From assembly GCA_963827235.1 (NCBI GenBank), contig CAWHAE010000015.1:1-64000 (forward strand): DNA of 64,000 nt, written 5' to 3'. Source of the DNA: an uncultured bacterium (GTDB taxonomy: Bacteria > Chloroflexota > UBA5177 > JANWHV01). Shown piece by piece: positions 41,560 to 52,135 of this stretch; the stretch's first letter is position 1, and the number at the start of each line of letters is the position of its first letter. The notes below the pieces were generated by a model that saw only the letters and a list, made by a program, of their open reading frames with translations, searched no databases and was not told where the DNA came from. The position numbers and the translations under genes were made by a program.

Positions 41560-42432
41560 TTACCTCGGGGCGATCCTCGCGTGTGTGCGTGCCACCGACA
41601 CCATGCTCCCGGCCGGCGTCCGTCGATTCCTGAGCCACGGCGCCAGCAGGCGGGCGGCGAAATATACCGCGCCCACGAGGGCCGAGATCAGAAAGCCGAC
41701 CGGCCAACCGGTATCGTAGGCGGCGACCATGCCTATCCAGACGGCCGACACGGCTATGCCGACCGCGGCCAACAGCGCCCGCCAAGGCGTGCTGGTCAAG
41801 TAGGTCGCGGCAGCGGCCGGCCCGATCATCAAGCTGAAGATCAGCAGCGTACCGACGGTCGGCACCGTAACGGCGGCGGCCACTCCTACCACGACGAGAA
41901 AGCCGACCCCAACCGCCATCGTGGGCACGCCTCGCGCCTGGGCCAGCTCGTAGTGGAGGGTGGTGAGCAACAGCGGCCGGTAGAGGGCGGCCAGCACGAG
42001 CAGGCAGCCGAGCGACAGCAGGGCGGTCTGCCAGACCATGTCGCGGCTGATGCCCACGATACTGCCGAACAGCAGGCTAAAGGCCGCGGAGGCGTAGGAG
42101 TTGTTGAGGCTGAGAAACAGCGCCCCGGCGCCCAGCGCCGCCACGAGGATGAGGGCCGTCGTCACGTCGCGTCCATGCTCGCGCGCGCCGAGCATGCCCA
42201 TGCTAACCGCGCCACCGACCGCGAATATCACCAGGCCCCAGATCGGCTCGATGCCCAGTAGCACTGCCCCGGCCGCCCCGGCGAAGCCAATCTGCGCCAG
42301 CGAGTGGGCCGCGAAGCTGAGCCCGCGCAGGACCACGAAGAAGCCGACCACGCCCGCCACCACGGCGACGATCGTGCCGGTAACCAGCGCGTTCTGCATG
42401 AAGGGCTGGCTGAACATCTCAGGATGCAGCAT
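41560..42432 (-). CDS. Zn/Mn ABC transporter permease (ZnuB type) 2
   Basis: GFFVVLRGLSFAAHSLAQIGFAG, LLFGSI, LYRPLLL, ARGVP, VGTLLI. Confidence 0.9.
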   Translation of the reverse strand: MLHPEMFSQPFMQNALVTGTIVAVVAGVVGFFVVLRGLSFAAHSLAQIGFAGAAGAVLLGIEPIWGLVIFAVGGAVSMGMLGAREHGRDVTTALILVAALGAGALFLSLNNSYASAAFSLLFGSIVGISRDMVWQTALLSLGCLLVLAALYRPLLLTTLHYELAQARGVPTMAVGVGFLVVVGVAAAVTVPTVGTLLIFSLMIGPAAAATYLTSTPWRALLAAVGIAVSAVWIGMVAAYDTGWPVGFLISALVGAVYFAARLLAPWLRNRRTPAGSMVSVARTHARIAPR

Positions 42433-43327
42433 AGCCGTGCATCCTCTCGGGGCCACGATCGGTCAGCCGGCCGCGCTTCCGGCGAAATGCCGGGCCCACG
42501 GCGCGGGCACAGAGATACGCCAGAAGCGCGAGCGTGCAGATGAAGAACGAGACGGGCCAGCCCTTTTCGCCCGGAGGCCAGTAGTAGCTGTCGTAGGAAA
42601 GGACGATACCGGCCCAGGTCTCTACGACGCCGATCATGCCGGCCAGGATCATGCCGGCAGCAGGCCGCGCCGACAGGTAGGAGGCGGTGGCCGGCGGACC
42701 GATCAGGAGCGCGGTGCTGAGCAGCACGCCCACCACCTGCGCGGCCTCGGCCACGGCGACGGCCATGCAGACCAGGAAGAGAGCGGAGACCACGCGCACG
42801 GGCACGCCCCGCGCCTCCGCCACCAGGGGGCTGACCGAGCAGAAGAGCAAGGGCCGGTAGAGCACGGCCAGCACGAGCAGGCAGGCTACGCCGATCACGA
42901 CCATCACGCGCGTCGTATCGGCATCGATCTCGAAGACCGATCCGAAGAGCAGCGTGAACGGCTGGCTGACGAAGCGCGTGCTGATATACAGAAAGAGAGC
43001 GCCGATGCCGAGCGCAAGAGCCAGGATCACGCCGGTGGCGACATCGCGCTCGCGCGCCCGATCGCCGAGCGAGCCGACGCCGAGCGCCGCCGCGACGCAA
43101 AACACCAGCAGACCCCAGAGAGCGTTGATACCCAGAAGCCCGGCCCCGGCTCCGCCCGTGAAGCCGATGTCCGTCACCGCGTGTCCGATGAAGCTCAGGC
43201 CGCGCAGCACGACGAAGAAGCCGATCAGGGCGGAGACGAGCGCGACCACCGTGCCCGCCTGCAGCGCCGTCACGACCTGGTCGTTCTGCAGCATGTCGAA
43301 GATGTTCTGCTGGAGCCAATCACGCAT
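42419..43327 (-). CDS. Zn/Mn ABC transporter permease (ZnuB type) 1
   Basis: GFFVVLRGLSFIGHAVTDIGFTG, LLFGSV, AEARGVP, VVGVLL. Confidence 0.9.
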   Translation of the reverse strand: MRDWLQQNIFDMLQNDQVVTALQAGTVVALVSALIGFFVVLRGLSFIGHAVTDIGFTGGAGAGLLGINALWGLLVFCVAAALGVGSLGDRARERDVATGVILALALGIGALFLYISTRFVSQPFTLLFGSVFEIDADTTRVMVVIGVACLLVLAVLYRPLLFCSVSPLVAEARGVPVRVVSALFLVCMAVAVAEAAQVVGVLLSTALLIGPPATASYLSARPAAGMILAGMIGVVETWAGIVLSYDSYYWPPGEKGWPVSFFICTLALLAYLCARAVGPAFRRKRGRLTDRGPERMHGYAAS

Positions 43328-43337
43328 AGCAGCCTAC

Positions 43338-44171
43338 TCACCCATGAGCGTGGCACTCGCGCTCGAGCTCACCGCCGCCGATCACGTCGCCGCCGGCCAC
43401 GACCAGTATGCGCCCGTGCACGTGCAGAACGTCGACGGGATAGCCGTAGAGCGCGCTCAGCACGTCCGAACGCACCACCTCGTCGACCTGGCCGATGGCC
43501 GAACGTCCTTCCGCCAGGTAGAGCACGCGATCCATCACGGGGAGCAAGGGGTTCATGTCATGAGCGACCAGCATGACGGCCACCGTCTGCTCCCTGCCCA
43601 GACGCGCCACCAGCTGCACCACTTCATGCGCGCTGCGCAGATCGAGATTGGCCAGGGGTTCGTCGAGCAGCAGCAGCCGCGGCCGCACGAGCAGGGCCTG
43701 GGCGATCATCAAGCGCTGCTGCTCTCCGCCCGACAAACGCCCGACCGGCGCATCCGCGAAATCCAGCGCGTCCACCCACTGCAATGCCTCGTCGATGCGC
43801 CGGCGCCTGGCGGCACTGGGGAAGGCGATGCCCCATCGCTGGCCGTCGAGTCCCAGGGCGACGAGATCGCGGGCGCGCAGCGGCGTGTCGGGATCGAACT
43901 GCTGTTTCTGGGGCACGTAGCCCACCGCGGCATTGCCGCGCTTGGCCGGCTGGCCGAACAGGCGGACCGATCCCGTGCTCGGTCGCAAGAGACCCAGAAT
44001 CACCCGCAACAGGGTCGTCTTGCCGGCGCCGTTCGTGCCGATCACGCCGATGAACTCGCCCGGCCTCACCTCGAGGCAGATGTCACGCAGCACCGGATGG
44101 CCGCCAAGGCTCAGACCGGCATGCTCCAGGCTCAACACGGGAGCGGTCGCGATGGACTGTGACGCCGTCAC
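43338..44171 (-). CDS. Zn/Mn ABC transporter ATP-binding protein
   Basis: GTG start overlapping the SBP stop; GTNGAGKTT, GYVPQ, LSGGEQQR, LLLLDEP, VAHD; C-terminal ECHAHG. Confidence 0.92.
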   Translation of the reverse strand: MTASQSIATAPVLSLEHAGLSLGGHPVLRDICLEVRPGEFIGVIGTNGAGKTTLLRVILGLLRPSTGSVRLFGQPAKRGNAAVGYVPQKQQFDPDTPLRARDLVALGLDGQRWGIAFPSAARRRRIDEALQWVDALDFADAPVGRLSGGEQQRLMIAQALLVRPRLLLLDEPLANLDLRSAHEVVQLVARLGREQTVAVMLVAHDMNPLLPVMDRVLYLAEGRSAIGQVDEVVRSDVLSALYGYPVDVLHVHGRILVVAGGDVIGGGELERECHAHG

Positions 44172-45112
44172 TGGATCTTCTCGGTGGAGATGCCCTTGCT
44201 CAGTGCCAGCCTGGTGGCCTGGAGCTCGGCAAGCATCCACCGCTGGTAGGTCTGGGACGGGGGCTCGGTCTCGTAAACGCCGACCACGGCGATATGGTGG
44301 GAGCGTGCCAGCGCGAGCAGCTTGACGGTGATCGGCGCCACGGCTTGCTGATTGTAGAAGAAGACCTTGACCTCGTTCTTGGTGAAGAGGTTGATCTCGG
44401 TCTGCGCGTCCTGCGGCGCCGGGTCGTTGCCTTGCATGATCGCCAGAGCAAACGAGCTGGGCGTCAAGATCTTCAGTCCGAGCGCCAGCGCTTCGTAGCT
44501 GAAGACGGGCTCGGTGATGGCGACCGGCGTGCCGGCGTACTGCTTTCTCACGGCCGCGATGCCGTCGATCCAGGGCTTGAGCGAGGCGTCGAAGGCACGC
44601 AGGTTGGCGGCGAAGGTGGCGGCACCGGCACGATCTTGCCTGGTCAGCTCGGCGGCTATCAGCGTGGCGACGCGCGGCATGGTCGCCGGATCGTACCAAA
44701 TATGCGGATTGTCGCCGGCCTTGTACCCGAGCCTGTCGCCGGCGTCGAGCACGACACGGCCCGCCTTCGGCGAGGCATTCTCCAGCTTGACCATGAACGA
44801 GTCGTAGCCGAGGCCGTTCTGCACGATCAGCGTCGCCCTGGCTACCGCGGCGGCATCGGTGGTGTTGGACTCGTAGGCATGGGGGTCGACATTCGGGTCG
44901 CTCAGCATGCTGAACACCGCGACGTGCGCGCCGCCGATTTGCTTTATCACGTCTCCATAAACGTTGGTCGAGGCGACCGCCTGCACGATCGTGCCGGCAG
45001 CACGCGCCGACGGCGCCCGCGGCACCGCTGCGCCGGCGCAGAGGACCGCTAGAGCCAGGAATCGTAGGACGCGGCGGCGTGCGACGGCATGATTCGGCGA
45101 TATCAGATGCAT
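44168..45112 (-). CDS. Zn/Mn ABC transporter substrate-binding protein (ZnuA/TroA cluster)
   Basis: DPHAYE, NGLGYD, NPHIWYDP, TEPVF, VGVYET; RRR-containing signal peptide. Confidence 0.92.
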   Translation of the reverse strand: MHLISPNHAVARRRVLRFLALAVLCAGAAVPRAPSARAAGTIVQAVASTNVYGDVIKQIGGAHVAVFSMLSDPNVDPHAYESNTTDAAAVARATLIVQNGLGYDSFMVKLENASPKAGRVVLDAGDRLGYKAGDNPHIWYDPATMPRVATLIAAELTRQDRAGAATFAANLRAFDASLKPWIDGIAAVRKQYAGTPVAITEPVFSYEALALGLKILTPSSFALAIMQGNDPAPQDAQTEINLFTKNEVKVFFYNQQAVAPITVKLLALARSHHIAVVGVYETEPPSQTYQRWMLAELQATRLALSKGISTEKIQ

Positions 45113-45125
45113 ACAAGCTCTTCAG

Positions 45126-45156
45126 TGATAATCGTTCTCATCGACAACCATTATCA
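45126..45156. promoter_or_regulatory. Tandem Fur/Zur-type boxes (two 7-1-7 sites)
   Basis: TGATAAT-C-GTTCTCA (45126-45140) and CGACAAC-C-ATTATCA (45142-45156) versus consensus TGATAAT-N-ATTATCA, immediately upstream of the metal ABC-fur operon. Confidence 0.8.
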
Positions 45157-45218
45157 TAGTGGCCTGGCCGGCAGCCGTCAAGGAGGAGCGCCGCCCCATC
45201 CTTCGGAAGCGGGCCCTG

Positions 45219-45269
45219 GTTTACGCGGTGTTTATACGCTGCCGGCTTCCTGTTTACGCGCTCGTTTAT
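45219..45269 (+). promoter_or_regulatory. Helically phased GTTTAY direct repeats, candidate KdpE binding sites
   Basis: GTTTAC 45219, GTTTAT 45230, GTTTAC 45252, GTTTAT 45264, upstream of the kdp operon. Confidence 0.65.
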
Positions 45270-45407
45270 GCCTCGCCCGTAGAGTGTGTTCTGGATGGAT
45301 GAGGCGAGGGACCCGCCCGGCGAGCCCCTCAACGTCGCTCGTGGTAATTCCGCGTGCGCAAGGTGCCGCGCGAATCGCCGGAGCGACGGGGAAATGCGGA
45401 GGTAACG

Positions 45408-45509
45408 GTGGCATTCGACCTCTGGCTGATGATTGTGACGGTCCTGTTCTTCCTGGCGACCGTCGTGTTCGCGATTGGCTGCGACCGACTGATGGGGACG
45501 AAGCGATGA
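45408..45509 (+). CDS. 33-aa single-TM peptide upstream of kdpF
   Basis: SD GGAGGT, GTG start, MAFDLWLMIVTVLFFLATVVFAIGCDRLMGTKR*; the stop overlaps the kdpF start (ATGA). Not in the ORF track. Confidence 0.75.
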   Translation: MAFDLWLMIVTVLFFLATVVFAIGCDRLMGTKR

Positions 45510-45592
45510 TCCAGAACATTCTGCTGTCTATCGTCTCGCTGCTCGTGCTCGTGTATCTCTTTGTTGCCTTGATCAGGCCGGAGGTGTTCTGA
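45506..45592 (+). CDS. kdpF: K+-transporting ATPase subunit F
   Basis: MIQNILLSIVSLLVLVYLFVALIRPEVF*, with the YLxxALxxPExF signature; the stop overlaps the kdpA start. Confidence 0.9.
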   Translation: MIQNILLSIVSLLVLVYLFVALIRPEVF

Positions 45593-47346
45593 TGCCTGAT
45601 TGGTTGACCGGCAACGCCGTGATGCAGTGGGCGCTCTACAGCGTTATCCTGCTGCTCACGGCGAAGCCCGTCGGCACGCACATGTACCGCGTGTTCACCG
45701 GTGGGCGGACCTTTTTGCACCGCCTGGTGCGGCCCGTGGAAGCCGGGATCTACCGGATGGTGGGGGTCGACGAGCAGGAGGAGATGACCTGGTTCGGCTA
45801 TCTCCTGGCCTCGTTGTTCTTCAGCGTCGTCGGCCTGATCCTGACCTACATCATCGAGCGCACGCAACAGTGGCACGGCAGCTTCTTCAATCCGCAGGGC
45901 TTCCCCAACGTGCCCTCGCTCCTGGCCTGGAACACCGCCGCCAGCTTCACCACCAACACCAACTGGCAGAACTACGGCGGCGAGACCACCATGAGCTACC
46001 TCACGCAGATGACCGGCCTGGCCATGCACAACTTCTTCTCGGCTGCAACCGGCATCGTGTGGGCGGTGGCCCTGGTGCGTGGCCTGGCGCGGCGCTCGGC
46101 AGGGGCAATCGGGTCGTTCTGGGTCGATCTGGTGCGCTGCTTGCTCTATATCCTGCTGCCGATCTGTATCTTCTACGGCCTCTTCCTGGTGTGGCAGGGC
46201 GCGCCGGAGAACTTCAGCGCCTACACCGTGGTACACACGCTCGAGGGCGCCAAGCAGGTCATTGCCCAGGGACCAGTCGCCTCACAGGAAGCGATCAAGA
46301 TGCTGGGCACCAACGGCGGCGGCTTCATGAACGCCAACTCGGCACATCCCTTCGAGAATCCCACGCCGCTCTCCAACTTCGTCGAGATCCTCTCCATTTT
46401 CCTGATCGGCTCCGGTCTGGTCTACATGTTCGGCAAGTGGGTGGGGAACACCAAGCAGGGCTGGTCCATCTGGGCCGCCATGTTCGTCCTGTTCTCCATC
46501 GGCTTCTTCACCGCGGTGGTAGCCGAGCAGAAGGGCGATTCGCTGATCGCGGGCGCCGCCCACGTGATGACCGCGGCGACCAGCAGCCCCTACCAGCCCG
46601 GCGGCAACATGGAGGGGAAAGAGGTGCGCTTCGGCATCGTCGACTCCGCCCTCTTCGCCACCATCACCACCGATGCCTCATGTGGGGCCATCAATTCCTG
46701 GCACGAGAGCTTCACGCCGATCGGCGGTCTGGTACCGCTGACCAACATCGCCACGGGCGAAGTGATCTTCGGCGGCGTGGGGGCAGGCATGTACGGCATG
46801 CTGATGTACGCCATTCTGGCGGTGTTCATCGCCGGGCTGATGGTGGGCCGCACGCCCGAATACCTGGGCAAGAAGATCGAAGCCTTCGAGATCAAGATGG
46901 CCAGCATCGCCTTGTTGATTTCACCCGCGAACATCCTGTTGTTCGCAGGGGCGGCTGTGCTGGGAGCCTGGGGCACGGCGTCGATCTTGAATGCCGGCCC
47001 GCATGGGCTCTCGGAGATCCTCTACATCTACACGTCGAGCAACGGCAACAACGGCTCGGCCTTTGCCGGCCTGACGACGAATACCAACTGGTACAACTGG
47101 AGCGGCGGCTTCGCCATGCTGATCGGGCGCTTCGTCTTCGTGACGCCGCTGATTGCCATTGCCGGCTCCATGGCCAGGAAGAAGACAGTGCCGGCGTCGC
47201 TGGGCACGTTCCCCACGGACGGCCCCACCTTCAGCGTGCTGCTGGTCTTCGTGATCATCATCGTGGCGGCGCTGACCTACTTCCCGGCCTACTGTCTCGG
47301 CCCGATCCTCGAGCAGCTGCTGCTCAACGCCCATCACGTGTTCTGA
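45592..47346 (+). CDS. kdpA: K+-transporting ATPase subunit A
   Basis: [70 protein letters not shown]. Confidence 0.98.
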   Translation: MPDWLTGNAVMQWALYSVILLLTAKPVGTHMYRVFTGGRTFLHRLVRPVEAGIYRMVGVDEQEEMTWFGYLLASLFFSVVGLILTYIIERTQQWHGSFFNPQGFPNVPSLLAWNTAASFTTNTNWQNYGGETTMSYLTQMTGLAMHNFFSAATGIVWAVALVRGLARRSAGAIGSFWVDLVRCLLYILLPICIFYGLFLVWQGAPENFSAYTVVHTLEGAKQVIAQGPVASQEAIKMLGTNGGGFMNANSAHPFENPTPLSNFVEILSIFLIGSGLVYMFGKWVGNTKQGWSIWAAMFVLFSIGFFTAVVAEQKGDSLIAGAAHVMTAATSSPYQPGGNMEGKEVRFGIVDSALFATITTDASCGAINSWHESFTPIGGLVPLTNIATGEVIFGGVGAGMYGMLMYAILAVFIAGLMVGRTPEYLGKKIEAFEIKMASIALLISPANILLFAGAAVLGAWGTASILNAGPHGLSEILYIYTSSNGNNGSAFAGLTTNTNWYNWSGGFAMLIGRFVFVTPLIAIAGSMARKKTVPASLGTFPTDGPTFSVLLVFVIIIVAALTYFPAYCLGPILEQLLLNAHHVF

Positions 47347-47362
47347 GAAGGAGTCGAATTCG

Positions 47363-49459
47363 ATGGCTATTCAGGCTCCGCGAATGGAGCAACAGGCGCC
47401 GCGACGGCCGCTGGGCGACGAGCGGCGGCGCAGCAAATCGCTGGCCCTGTTCGACCCGAACATCACGCGGAAGGCAGCCGGCGAGGCCGTCCGGAAGCTC
47501 GATCCTCGCGTGCAGCTGCGCAACCCGGTGATGTTCGTGGTGCTGGTCGGTGCGGTCGTCACGTCCGTGGAGTTCGTGCGATCACTCGTGACCAGCGGGT
47601 TGGCCGGCGACCGCGGCTTCACGCTGCAGGTCGCCGTCTGGCTGTGGTTCACCGTGCTCTTTGCCAATTTCGCCGAGGCCATGGCAGAGAGCCGCGGCAA
47701 GGCGCAGGCAGATACGCTGCGCAGGACGCGCACCGACGCCCAGGCTAAGCGTCTCGACAGCCGCGGCGCCGTGCAGATCGTCTCTGCCACGGAGCTGCGC
47801 AGGGGCGACCTGGTGCTGGTCGAGGCCGGCGATCTGATTCCCGGCGACGGCGATGTGATCGACGGCGTTGCCTCGGTCAACGAGGCGGCGATCACCGGCG
47901 AGAGCGCGCCGGTGATCAAGGAACCCGGCACCGACATCCGTTCGTCGGTGACGGGCGGCACCACGATCCTCAGCGACAGCTTGAAGATCCGCATCACCGC
48001 CAACCCGGGCGAGACGTTCATCGATCGCATGATCGCCCTCGTAGAAGGCGCCAACCGGCAGAAGACCCCCAACGAGATCGCGCTGAACATTCTGCTGGCT
48101 TCGCTGACCATCATCTTCTTGCTGGCCGTCTACACCCTGCAGCCGTTCGCCGTCTACTCCGGCAGCCCCGTGGACGTGACCACCCTGGTGGCCCTCCTGG
48201 TCTGCCTCATCCCCACCACGATCGGCGGCCTGCTCAGCGCGATCGGCATTGCCGGCATGGATCGCCTGGTCCAGTTCAACGTGCTGGCCATGAGCGGCCG
48301 GGCGGTGGAGGCGGCCGGCGACGTCGACACGCTGCTGCTGGACAAGACGGGCACTATCACTTTCGGCAACCGCATGGCCTTCGAGTTCGTGCCCGTCAAG
48401 GGCCACACTGAGGCCGAGCTGATCGACGCCGCCCTCCGCTCGAGCCTGGCCGACGACACTCCCGAGGGGAAGAGCATCGTCACCCTGGCCACCGAGCGCG
48501 GTGCCGTCGTGGACAGGGCCTTCCTGGATGGCGCCGAGCTGGTGCCCTTCACGGCGCAGACGCGCGTGAGCGGCGTGCGCCGCAACGGGCACCAGGTCAT
48601 GAAGGGTGCCGTGGACGCCATCGTGGCTGCCACGCCCAATCCGCCGCCCGATCTGCAGACCATCGCGGACCGCATTGCGAGCGAGGGCGGAACGCCGCTG
48701 GCGGTGGCGCGCGACGGCGAGGCGCTGGGCGTCGTGTACCTGAAAGACACCGTGAAGCCGGGCATGCGCGATCGCTTCGACGAGCTGCGCCGCATGGGCA
48801 TTCGCACCATCATGGTCACCGGAGACAACAAGCTCACCGCCGCCACGATCGCCAGAGAGGCCGGCGTCGACGACTTCCAGGCAGAGAGCAAGCCGGAGGA
48901 CAAGATCGCGCTGATCCGGCGCGAGCAGGCCGACGGCAAGCTGGTCGCCATGACCGGCGACGGCACCAACGATGCGCCGGCCCTGGCCCAGGCGGACGTC
49001 GGCGTGGCCATGAACTCCGGCACCCAGGCGGCCAAAGAGGCCGGCAACATGGTGGATCTGGACAGCAACCCCACCAAGCTGATCGAGATCGTGGCCATCG
49101 GCAAGCAGCTGTTGATCACGCGCGGGGCGCTGACCACCTTCTCTATCGCCAACGACGTGGCCAAGTACTTCGCCATTCTGCCGGCCATGTTCAGCAGGCA
49201 GTTCCCACAGCTCGGCGCGCTCAACGTCATGCACCTGTCCACGCCGCACTCGGCGATCACGGCCGCCGTGATCTTCAACGCGTTGATCATCGTGGCGCTG
49301 ATACCGCTGGCCCTGCGCGGCGTGAAGTATCGCCCGCTGGGCGCGGCCCAGATCCTGCGCCGCAACCTGTTGATCTACGGCCTTGGCGGGATCATCATTC
49401 CCTTCCCCGGCATCAAGATCTGCGATCTGATTCTGACCGGCCTGCACCTGACCGTGTGA
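47363..49459 (+). CDS. kdpB: K+-transporting ATPase subunit B (P-type)
   Basis: [44 protein letters not shown]. Confidence 0.98.
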   Translation: MAIQAPRMEQQAPRRPLGDERRRSKSLALFDPNITRKAAGEAVRKLDPRVQLRNPVMFVVLVGAVVTSVEFVRSLVTSGLAGDRGFTLQVAVWLWFTVLFANFAEAMAESRGKAQADTLRRTRTDAQAKRLDSRGAVQIVSATELRRGDLVLVEAGDLIPGDGDVIDGVASVNEAAITGESAPVIKEPGTDIRSSVTGGTTILSDSLKIRITANPGETFIDRMIALVEGANRQKTPNEIALNILLASLTIIFLLAVYTLQPFAVYSGSPVDVTTLVALLVCLIPTTIGGLLSAIGIAGMDRLVQFNVLAMSGRAVEAAGDVDTLLLDKTGTITFGNRMAFEFVPVKGHTEAELIDAALRSSLADDTPEGKSIVTLATERGAVVDRAFLDGAELVPFTAQTRVSGVRRNGHQVMKGAVDAIVAATPNPPPDLQTIADRIASEGGTPLAVARDGEALGVVYLKDTVKPGMRDRFDELRRMGIRTIMVTGDNKLTAATIAREAGVDDFQAESKPEDKIALIRREQADGKLVAMTGDGTNDAPALAQADVGVAMNSGTQAAKEAGNMVDLDSNPTKLIEIVAIGKQLLITRGALTTFSIANDVAKYFAILPAMFSRQFPQLGALNVMHLSTPHSAITAAVIFNALIIVALIPLALRGVKYRPLGAAQILRRNLLIYGLGGIIIPFPGIKICDLILTGLHLTV

Positions 49460-49474
49460 TAAGGAGACAAGCGT

Positions 49475-50116
49475 ATGGAATCAGTAACGACCCTTGCTGA
49501 GCGCGAGCGTGGCACGATACGCCCGTCACGAACGTCATTGGGCAATACACTGCGCATCAGCGTGGCGATGACGATTGTGTTGACCATTCTCGTGGGCGTG
49601 ATCTACCCGTTCTTCATGACCGGCGCGGCCCAGGTGCTGTTCCACGACCAGGCCAACGGCTCCCTGATCAAGGGCCCGAACGGCCAGATCGTGGGATCGT
49701 CCTTGATCGGCCAGAACTTCACCAAGCCGCAGTACTTCCACCCGCGGCTCTCGGCCGCGGGCACCGGCTACGATGCCAGCAACTCCGCCGGCACCAACCT
49801 GGGCCCGACCAGCGCCACGCTGTTGAAGAACACAATCGCCCAGGCCAACGCCATCCGCAAGGAAGACGGGCTGCCGCCCAACTATCCCCTGCCGTCCGAT
49901 GCGGTATCAACGTCGGCCAGCGGGCTCGACCCCGACATCAGCCCGGCCTACGCCGCGCTGCAGGTGCCGCGCGTGGCCAGAGTGCGTGGCCTGACGCAGT
50001 CCCAGGTGCAGGGCCTGGTGCACAAGTACACCAGCGATCGCACGCTCGGCGTGCTCGGGGAGCCGCGCGTCAACGTCCTGGAGCTGAACGTCGCCCTGGA
50101 TCAGCTGGAGAAATAG
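49475..50116 (+). CDS. kdpC: K+-transporting ATPase subunit C
   Basis: QANGSLI, GSSLIGQNF, YFHPRLS, TSASGLDPDIS, GEPRVNVLELN. Confidence 0.97.
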   Translation: MESVTTLAERERGTIRPSRTSLGNTLRISVAMTIVLTILVGVIYPFFMTGAAQVLFHDQANGSLIKGPNGQIVGSSLIGQNFTKPQYFHPRLSAAGTGYDASNSAGTNLGPTSATLLKNTIAQANAIRKEDGLPPNYPLPSDAVSTSASGLDPDISPAYAALQVPRVARVRGLTQSQVQGLVHKYTSDRTLGVLGEPRVNVLELNVALDQLEK

Positions 50117-50127
50117 CGAGCACGACC

Positions 50128-50712
50128 ATGACCCTTGGCAGGATTCTCGTCTTGTATGATGGCAGCGAGGCCGCGGACAGGCTGTTGTCCATGGCCTGCG
50201 AGGCGGTATGGCAGGCCGGATGCGTCATGCCTCTGTACGTCACGCGCGTTCCTCCCGTGCTCCCGCTCGCGCCGCTGCCTCGCTGGTACGACGACGAGGG
50301 GCAGCAGGCGCTGGATAGGGCCGAGACCGTGGCCTGGCAGCACGGCTGCAGGGTCGATTCCTGGCTGGTGCGGTCGCGCGAGCCCGCCGATGCGATCGTG
50401 TCCGTGGCACGCGACGGGGAAGCCGATGCCATCTTCCTGCCTCTTGGCGGTTGGCGACATCCGGTCCGGCACCTGCAGGCCCGATTCCAGGCTCGGTGCG
50501 TGGCCTGCGCCGCTGCCTGCCCGGTGCTCGTCGGCTCCTCGCGGGACCTCGGTAGCGCCCGGCGGGCCGATCAAGCAGGCGCCGGCCTGTCCGATCCGCT
50601 TGCCATGCTCGGCGGCACCTTGCTGCCGCCGGCGCACGGGCTGCATTGCCGATTGCTGCAGCCGCGCCAGGGCAGAGTTCACCGCTTGGTGCGCTTGCAT
50701 GTACCGTACTAA
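50128..50712 (+). CDS. Universal stress protein (USP)-like protein
   Basis: RILVLYDGSEAA...ALDRAE...PADAIVSVAR...DAIFL...AACPVLV, followed by a ~55-aa unassigned tail. Confidence 0.7.
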   Translation: MTLGRILVLYDGSEAADRLLSMACEAVWQAGCVMPLYVTRVPPVLPLAPLPRWYDDEGQQALDRAETVAWQHGCRVDSWLVRSREPADAIVSVARDGEADAIFLPLGGWRHPVRHLQARFQARCVACAAACPVLVGSSRDLGSARRADQAGAGLSDPLAMLGGTLLPPAHGLHCRLLQPRQGRVHRLVRLHVPY

Positions 50713-50943
50713 GCACATGGTCATCAACTTGGCACGGCTGCGACGTGCGTCTGCCTGCGGGGTGTATCGCGTCTACTCGCCGGAGCTGCAGGCGGACCAG
50801 TGCGAGTCGCCCCGATCTGTGTTCGACGGAGAATGCGCGAGCTGTTTCCGGCTACCTGCGTTTCCGCGGCGGCGATCGTATGCCGGGTGCATCGCGGCAG
50901 TGGACCGGACATCGTTCCGGCCGGGAAGAGGCGCGGCACATGT

Positions 50944-52122
50944 ATGGCTAGAGATCTGGAACGGCCCGATCCCGACGAGCTGCTGGCGCGGATCAAGGCC
51001 GACGAGCAGCCGGCAAAGGGCAGGCTGCGTGTGTACCTCGGCGCGGCCCCCGGTGTGGGCAAGACGTTCACCATGCTGCAGGAAGCCCACCGCCGGAAGG
51101 AGCGGGGCACGGACGTCGTGATAGGCTTCGTGGAGACACACGGCCGGCCGCACACGGCCGAGCAGATCGGGGATCTCGAGGTTGTGCCGCCGCGGGAAGT
51201 CCCTTACAAGGGCGTCGTGGTGCGCGAGATGGATACGGAGGCGGTGATCGCGCGGCACCCGCGCGTGGCGCTGGTCGACGAGCTGGCGCACACCAACGTG
51301 GCGGGCTCGCGGCATGCCAAGCGCTACGAGGACGTGCAGGATCTGCTCATGGCGGGTATTACTGTGCTCTCCACGCTGAACATTCAGCACATCGAGAGCC
51401 TCAACGACGTCGTGCACCAGGTCACCGGCATCAGCGTGCACGAGACCGTGCCCGACTGGGTGATCGAAGAGGCCGATCAGGTCGAGCTGATCGACATGGC
51501 CCCGGAGGCGCTCATCCAGCGCATGCGCCACGGCAACATCTATCCTCCGGAACAGGCGAGGCGTGCCCTCGAGAACTTCTTCACCGGCGCCAACCTCACG
51601 GCGCTGCGCGATCTGGCGCTGCGTGCCACGGCCAGAGGAGTGGAGGAGCGCCTCAGCCGGTACATGCGCGGCCGTGACGATCACTACCTCCACGCGGCGG
51701 TCACCGATCGCATCATGGTCGCGGTCGATCACCAGCCGGTAGGCAAGACGCTCATCCGGCGGGGCTGGCGCATTGCCGCCGCCATCAAGGCGGACCTCAT
51801 CGTGGTGCACGTCCAGCCCGATCGCGGTGCTCGCGCTGCCCAGACCGTGGAGGACGATCGTCACCTGCGGGCCAATCTGCAGCTTGCCGATGAGCTGGGG
51901 GCGCAGATCGTCCGTCTGCGCGGCGACGTGGTGGAGGAGCTGGTGGCGTACGCGCAGGCCAACAGCGTGACGCAGATCGTGATCGGCCAGCCCCGCCGCG
52001 GCCGTTGGGCAGAGCTTCTGCAGGGCTCGGTGACGCACGACCTCCTGCGCAAGGTGCGCGACATGGACGTCGTCGTCGTCGCCGATCCGGGCAAAGGATC
52101 GCGTCCGGGCAACGGCGCGTGA
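50944..52122 (+). CDS. kdpD: KdpD N-terminal sensor protein (KdpD domain + USP only; no TM, GAF or kinase)
   Basis: RPDPDELL, GRLRVYLGAAPGVGKT, LVDELAHTN, TLNIQHIESLND, LRDLALR, USP domain DRIMVAV...TQIVIG...GSVTHDLL, then a stop. Confidence 0.9.
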   Translation: MARDLERPDPDELLARIKADEQPAKGRLRVYLGAAPGVGKTFTMLQEAHRRKERGTDVVIGFVETHGRPHTAEQIGDLEVVPPREVPYKGVVVREMDTEAVIARHPRVALVDELAHTNVAGSRHAKRYEDVQDLLMAGITVLSTLNIQHIESLNDVVHQVTGISVHETVPDWVIEEADQVELIDMAPEALIQRMRHGNIYPPEQARRALENFFTGANLTALRDLALRATARGVEERLSRYMRGRDDHYLHAAVTDRIMVAVDHQPVGKTLIRRGWRIAAAIKADLIVVHVQPDRGARAAQTVEDDRHLRANLQLADELGAQIVRLRGDVVEELVAYAQANSVTQIVIGQPRRGRWAELLQGSVTHDLLRKVRDMDVVVVADPGKGSRPGNGA

Positions 52123-52135
52123 AGAGAGAAGGCGA

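Noticed and set aside
45280-45400. c-di-AMP (ydaO) riboswitch ahead of kdp
   Set aside because: Hairpins exist, but the conserved GCTGAATCC and CAGCTAAC-type segments are not present.
47582-49447. Long antisense ORFs opposite kdpB (and similar ones opposite the ALDH, PIMT, NHL and SBP genes)
   Set aside because: Typical shadow ORFs of high-GC coding sequence; the other strand has clear family motifs.
50135-51121. Cys-rich alternative-frame ORF overlapping the USP gene
   Set aside because: Cys richness arises from reading CTG-C codons of the real gene out of frame; no RBS.
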